Positions 61,088-64,000 of a DNA stretch of 64,000 nucleotides are shown here, in pieces (the stretch's first letter is position 1; each line of letters opens with the position of its first letter). The position numbers and the translations under genes are program-made. The notes under the pieces are model-generated. The model searched no databases. It worked only from the letters and a program-made list of their open reading frames with translations, and was not told the DNA's origin. Source of the stretch: Pelagibaca sp. (GTDB lineage Bacteria > Pseudomonadota > Alphaproteobacteria > Rhodobacterales > Rhodobacteraceae). Location: NCBI GenBank assembly GCA_041725935.1, contig JBGRQD010000018.1:9242-73241 (forward strand). The letters run 5' to 3'.

Positions 61088-61692
61088 CACGCGTTCAAGA
61101 GGAATACCCTGCCCGCAAAGGGCGCTCCCGCACGGGCACCCTGGCCATCATCGGCGCATTTCTGGTATTGTCGGCAAGTCTCCGACTTGTGACCGAGGCG
61201 GGTCAGGTCATCGCCAGCGAGGGCATGGCAAGGGAGAAAACAACCGATACTTCCCAAGCAACCTCCATGGATTTGGCGCGCCCAGATAACCTGAGCGCCG
61301 CATTTGAGGCGATCAAAAACCGCGAGGCGCGGTTGATCGAACGCGAAGCGGAAATCAGCGAACGCGAAGCCACCCTCGCAGCAGCTGAAGACGCGATCGA
61401 TACTGAATTGGCCTTGCTTGAAGAGGCCGAAAAAAGCCTGCGTGAAACGATCTCGCGTGCTGCAGAGGCAGCAGAAGACGATCTATCGCAGTTGACCGCA
61501 GTATACGCCAATATGAAGCCGAAACAGGCTGCAGCGTTATTCGAGCAGATGGACGCGACTTTTGCCGCAGGTTTCTTGGGGAGAATGGCGTCAGACAGTG
61601 CCGCGAAGATCATGGCAGGCATGACCCCCGAAAAGGCCTACGCGATCAGCGTTGAACTGGCCGGTCGCAATGCAAGCATTCCACTTGACTGA
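61084..61692 (+). CDS. motE: MotE-family protein
   Basis: Coiled coil, then VYANMKPKQAAALFEQMD...AAKIM (MgtE-N-like); TTG start. Confidence 0.82.
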   Translation: MTRVQEEYPARKGRSRTGTLAIIGAFLVLSASLRLVTEAGQVIASEGMAREKTTDTSQATSMDLARPDNLSAAFEAIKNREARLIEREAEISEREATLAAAEDAIDTELALLEEAEKSLRETISRAAEAAEDDLSQLTAVYANMKPKQAAALFEQMDATFAAGFLGRMASDSAAKIMAGMTPEKAYAISVELAGRNASIPLD

Positions 61693-61895
61693 TATTTGCG
61701 GGAAAAAATGTGGTTGAGAAAAGACTTGCCAACTGTGCTGTCCGATTTTTTCTTATTGATTCTGGGAACTTTGCTATCCGCGACTGATGAGCAAGGCGAT
61801 AGCGTGCGATCCGCACTGGAGCCTAGGGTAATCCCAAATCACATAGTCAACCGTTTCAATATTCCCCCGAAGTGGACAGCGACATTGTAGGGCAG

Positions 61896-62060
61896 TCAGG
61901 CAGGACGCTTACGCTTGATCTGGTGCGGATAATGGTCAAAACGCTGCGCCAGCTCGATTAGGACCCTCCCGCCCTTGATCGTCGCTTCCGCCACTTTCGC
62001 TCTGAATGCCGAACTGTGATTTGGGCGCGATCGTCTTTCGTCGATTTTTTCCTTGGTCGC
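61896..62060 (-). pseudogene. Degenerate IS3-family transposase OrfA fragment
   Basis: Manual translation RRSRPNHSSAFRAKVAEATIKGGRVLIELAQRFDHYPHQIK*; no in-frame start codon and no OrfB. Confidence 0.75.
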
Positions 62061-62168
62061 AACATCACGCTGTTTTTAAGCGGATAATCTATCTATTCCA
62101 GCTTTCCGCATTCCCGGAGGCATTTCTGTGTCGCGGTGCCAAGACAATACGTTGGCATTTCGCGACGG

Positions 62169-64000
62169 TTAATTGTCCAGAACATGCCTGATCTTCATCG
62201 CAAGCTCCGCACGACGGTAGGGTTTGTTCAAAAGCGTCACACCGGGATCAAGGCACCCCTGATGCACAATGACTTCTTCAGGATAGCCTGACGTGAACAG
62301 GACTCTCAGGTTTGGTTGTTTTAAGAGCGCCTCATCCACAAGTTGCCGACCATTGATGCCGCCCGGCATCACCACATCGGTGAACAACAAATCAAAGGTC
62401 GCACCACCTTCCAGAATTTCAAGCGCTTCTGCTCCCGAGGCTGCTTCCTTGTAGGTATAGCCAAGGTTATCCAACTCCGATACAACATGGTTCCGGACCA
62501 TATCGTCATCCTCGACCACGAGGATGTGTTCTGTTCCCCGGATCATTCGAGGGTCGAGGGCTCCAGCCTGGTGTTGATCATCTTCCTTCTGAGCAGCAGG
62601 GAAAAAAAGCATAACCGAGGTCCCCTGGCCGGGTTCGGAGTCAACACGCGCGTGACCCCTCGATTGTTTGACAAATCCCCAAACCATGGAAAGGCCAAGT
62701 CCAGACCCTTTTCCCGCTTCTTTTGTCGTAAAAAAGGGCTCAAAAGCCCGCTCGGCGACGTCAGCTGGCATCCCGCAGCCATTGTCGGATACTGAAATCA
62801 TAACAAAACGACCCGCTTGGACATCTTCTGACAGCACCAGGTCATCCGCAGAAAGCCTCACGTTCGAGGCCGTGATGGTCACGCGCCCCCCGTCGGACAT
62901 GGCATCGCGGGCATTGATCACAAGATTGATGATTGCGTTATCAAGTTGACCCGGGTCCAACTCGATCGGCCACACATCGTGAGCTGCAGTTATTTCGATT
63001 TCGATGTCCTCGGTGATCGTTCGGCTGATCAGACCATCAAGGTCGCTCAATATCTGTTTGGGATTGAGAAATCTCGGTTCAAGCGCTTGTCGGCGCGCAA
63101 AGGACAACAGGTGGCTTGTCAGTGCTGCGCCTCGTTCTGCGGCTTGTAAAATATATTCGGCCAGTTGCTTGGCTTCTGGGTCTTTGGCGTGGATGTCTGA
63201 AAGCGCGTCGGCGCTGCCAAGGATGATCGTCAGAAGGTTGTTGAAATCGTGAGCAACGCCACCCGTCAACTGCCCCACTGCCTCCAGTTTTTGCGAATGC
63301 CGCAACCTTTTTTCCAACGCGCGAAATTCTGTGACATCAGTGGTTGTGCCAATAATCCGGACCGGCTCACCCAACTCGTCGCGAAGCACTAGAGCCCGGT
63401 CCACAACATCAATGATACGGCCATCCGCACAAACGAAACGGTACTCGCTCGCCCAGTTGGTTCCATTATTGTCGATGACAGCCTGCAATCCATCAACCAC
63501 GCGATCAAGATCATCGGGGTGGACCCAAGTTTCCCACGCAGTCATGTCATTTTCGAAGGATTTGGGATCATACCCGAATTCATCAAGCAACGTGTCGTTC
63601 CACCATATCCGCCCTGACTTAAGGTCAGCGTCCCATATGAGGTCGTTTGTGGCACGGCTGATAAGTCTGAAGCGCTCTTCACTTACACGCAGAAGATCTG
63701 CGCTACGCTCTGCTTCTTCAGTCCTTGCAGCTTGCAGCATTTCTTCGTCCCGATGCCTTGCGTGGAATTCGACAAACACAACGAAGGCTGCAAAGCTCAA
63801 CATGTATGCCACGATCACCCCTGCGTCTGGCACGGAACCTTGGCTGGCCAGGTCGGCCAAGACAAACGCACCGATTGGCACAGGGCCCAAGCTGACCACA
63901 CGGCCGATTTCCCGCTTGTAGAAGCCGAAATTGGTGAATCTGTGGATCAGGACGACCGGGAAGAACCACGAAAGATACGGAACAATCCGGGTAATGTCGG
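62169..64000 (-). CDS. Hybrid sensor histidine kinase (membrane N-terminus, PAS/PAC, HisKA, HATPase, REC); 5' end beyond window
   Basis: GGVAHDFNNLL H box, NLVINARDAM, DNGCGM, GKGSGLGL, FTDVVMPG; frame is open to the window edge. Confidence 0.93.
   Translation of the reverse strand, partial: DITRIVPYLSWFFPVVLIHRFTNFGFYKREIGRVVSLGPVPIGAFVLADLASQGSVPDAGVIVAYMLSFAAFVVFVEFHARHRDEEMLQAARTEEAERSADLLRVSEERFRLISRATNDLIWDADLKSGRIWWNDTLLDEFGYDPKSFENDMTAWETWVHPDDLDRVVDGLQAVIDNNGTNWASEYRFVCADGRIIDVVDRALVLRDELGEPVRIIGTTTDVTEFRALEKRLRHSQKLEAVGQLTGGVAHDFNNLLTIILGSADALSDIHAKDPEAKQLAEYILQAAERGAALTSHLLSFARRQALEPRFLNPKQILSDLDGLISRTITEDIEIEITAAHDVWPIELDPGQLDNAIINLVINARDAMSDGGRVTITASNVRLSADDLVLSEDVQAGRFVMISVSDNGCGMPADVAERAFEPFFTTKEAGKGSGLGLSMVWGFVKQSRGHARVDSEPGQGTSVMLFFPAAQKEDDQHQAGALDPRMIRGTEHILVVEDDDMVRNHVVSELDNLGYTYKEAASGAEALEILEGGATFDLLFTDVVMPGGINGRQLVDEALLKQPNLRVLFTSGYPEEVIVHQGCLDPGVTLLNKPYRRAELAMKIRHVLDN

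Noticed and set aside
61696-61890. 64-aa ORF after motE as a motA remnant
   Set aside because: No resemblance to the MotA N-terminus and no RBS; probably spurious.

Overview
GC-rich alphaproteobacterial chromosome segment. Gene content and synteny point to Rhodobacteraceae, probably the Roseobacter group (inference). It is mostly core genome. Left to right: 5' part of clpB with an RpoH-type promoter; two orphan acidic membrane-anchored proteins; pyrF, NUDIX, dinB; the RpoE/ChrR singlet-oxygen locus with its divergent RSP1091-1087-like (furan fatty acid) operon; an AceE-type pyruvate dehydrogenase operon with a lipoylated E3; xth, LysR, PfpI, fadH, MscS, ubiA, rsmE, gshA, ggt; a STAS/anti-sigma pair; thiolase and GAF protein; a ~1 kb AT-rich islet; an XRE-led methylated-amine/betaine demethylation cluster; ALDH, Prx, sfsA, map, hisC, tyrC; a 7-gene flagellar sub-cluster; a degenerate IS3 scar; and a hybrid histidine kinase running off the right edge. 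I saw no rRNA, tRNA or CRISPR array. The best items not shown by the ORF track are: (1) three GGAAC-N16/17-NGTT (EcfG/ECF15-type) promoters ahead of pfpI, the orphan acidic pair and a 24-aa membrane peptide; (2) tandem palindromic operators at aceE and at the XRE cluster; (3) a DUF5675-like and a DUF1796-like accessory gene; (4) an IS3 remnant where motA would be expected; (5) a perfect CtrA box between convergent genes; (6) two identical 31-bp elements just 3' of stop codons. All family assignments come from motif recognition by eye, not database searches. I found no single unmistakable novel multi-gene system.
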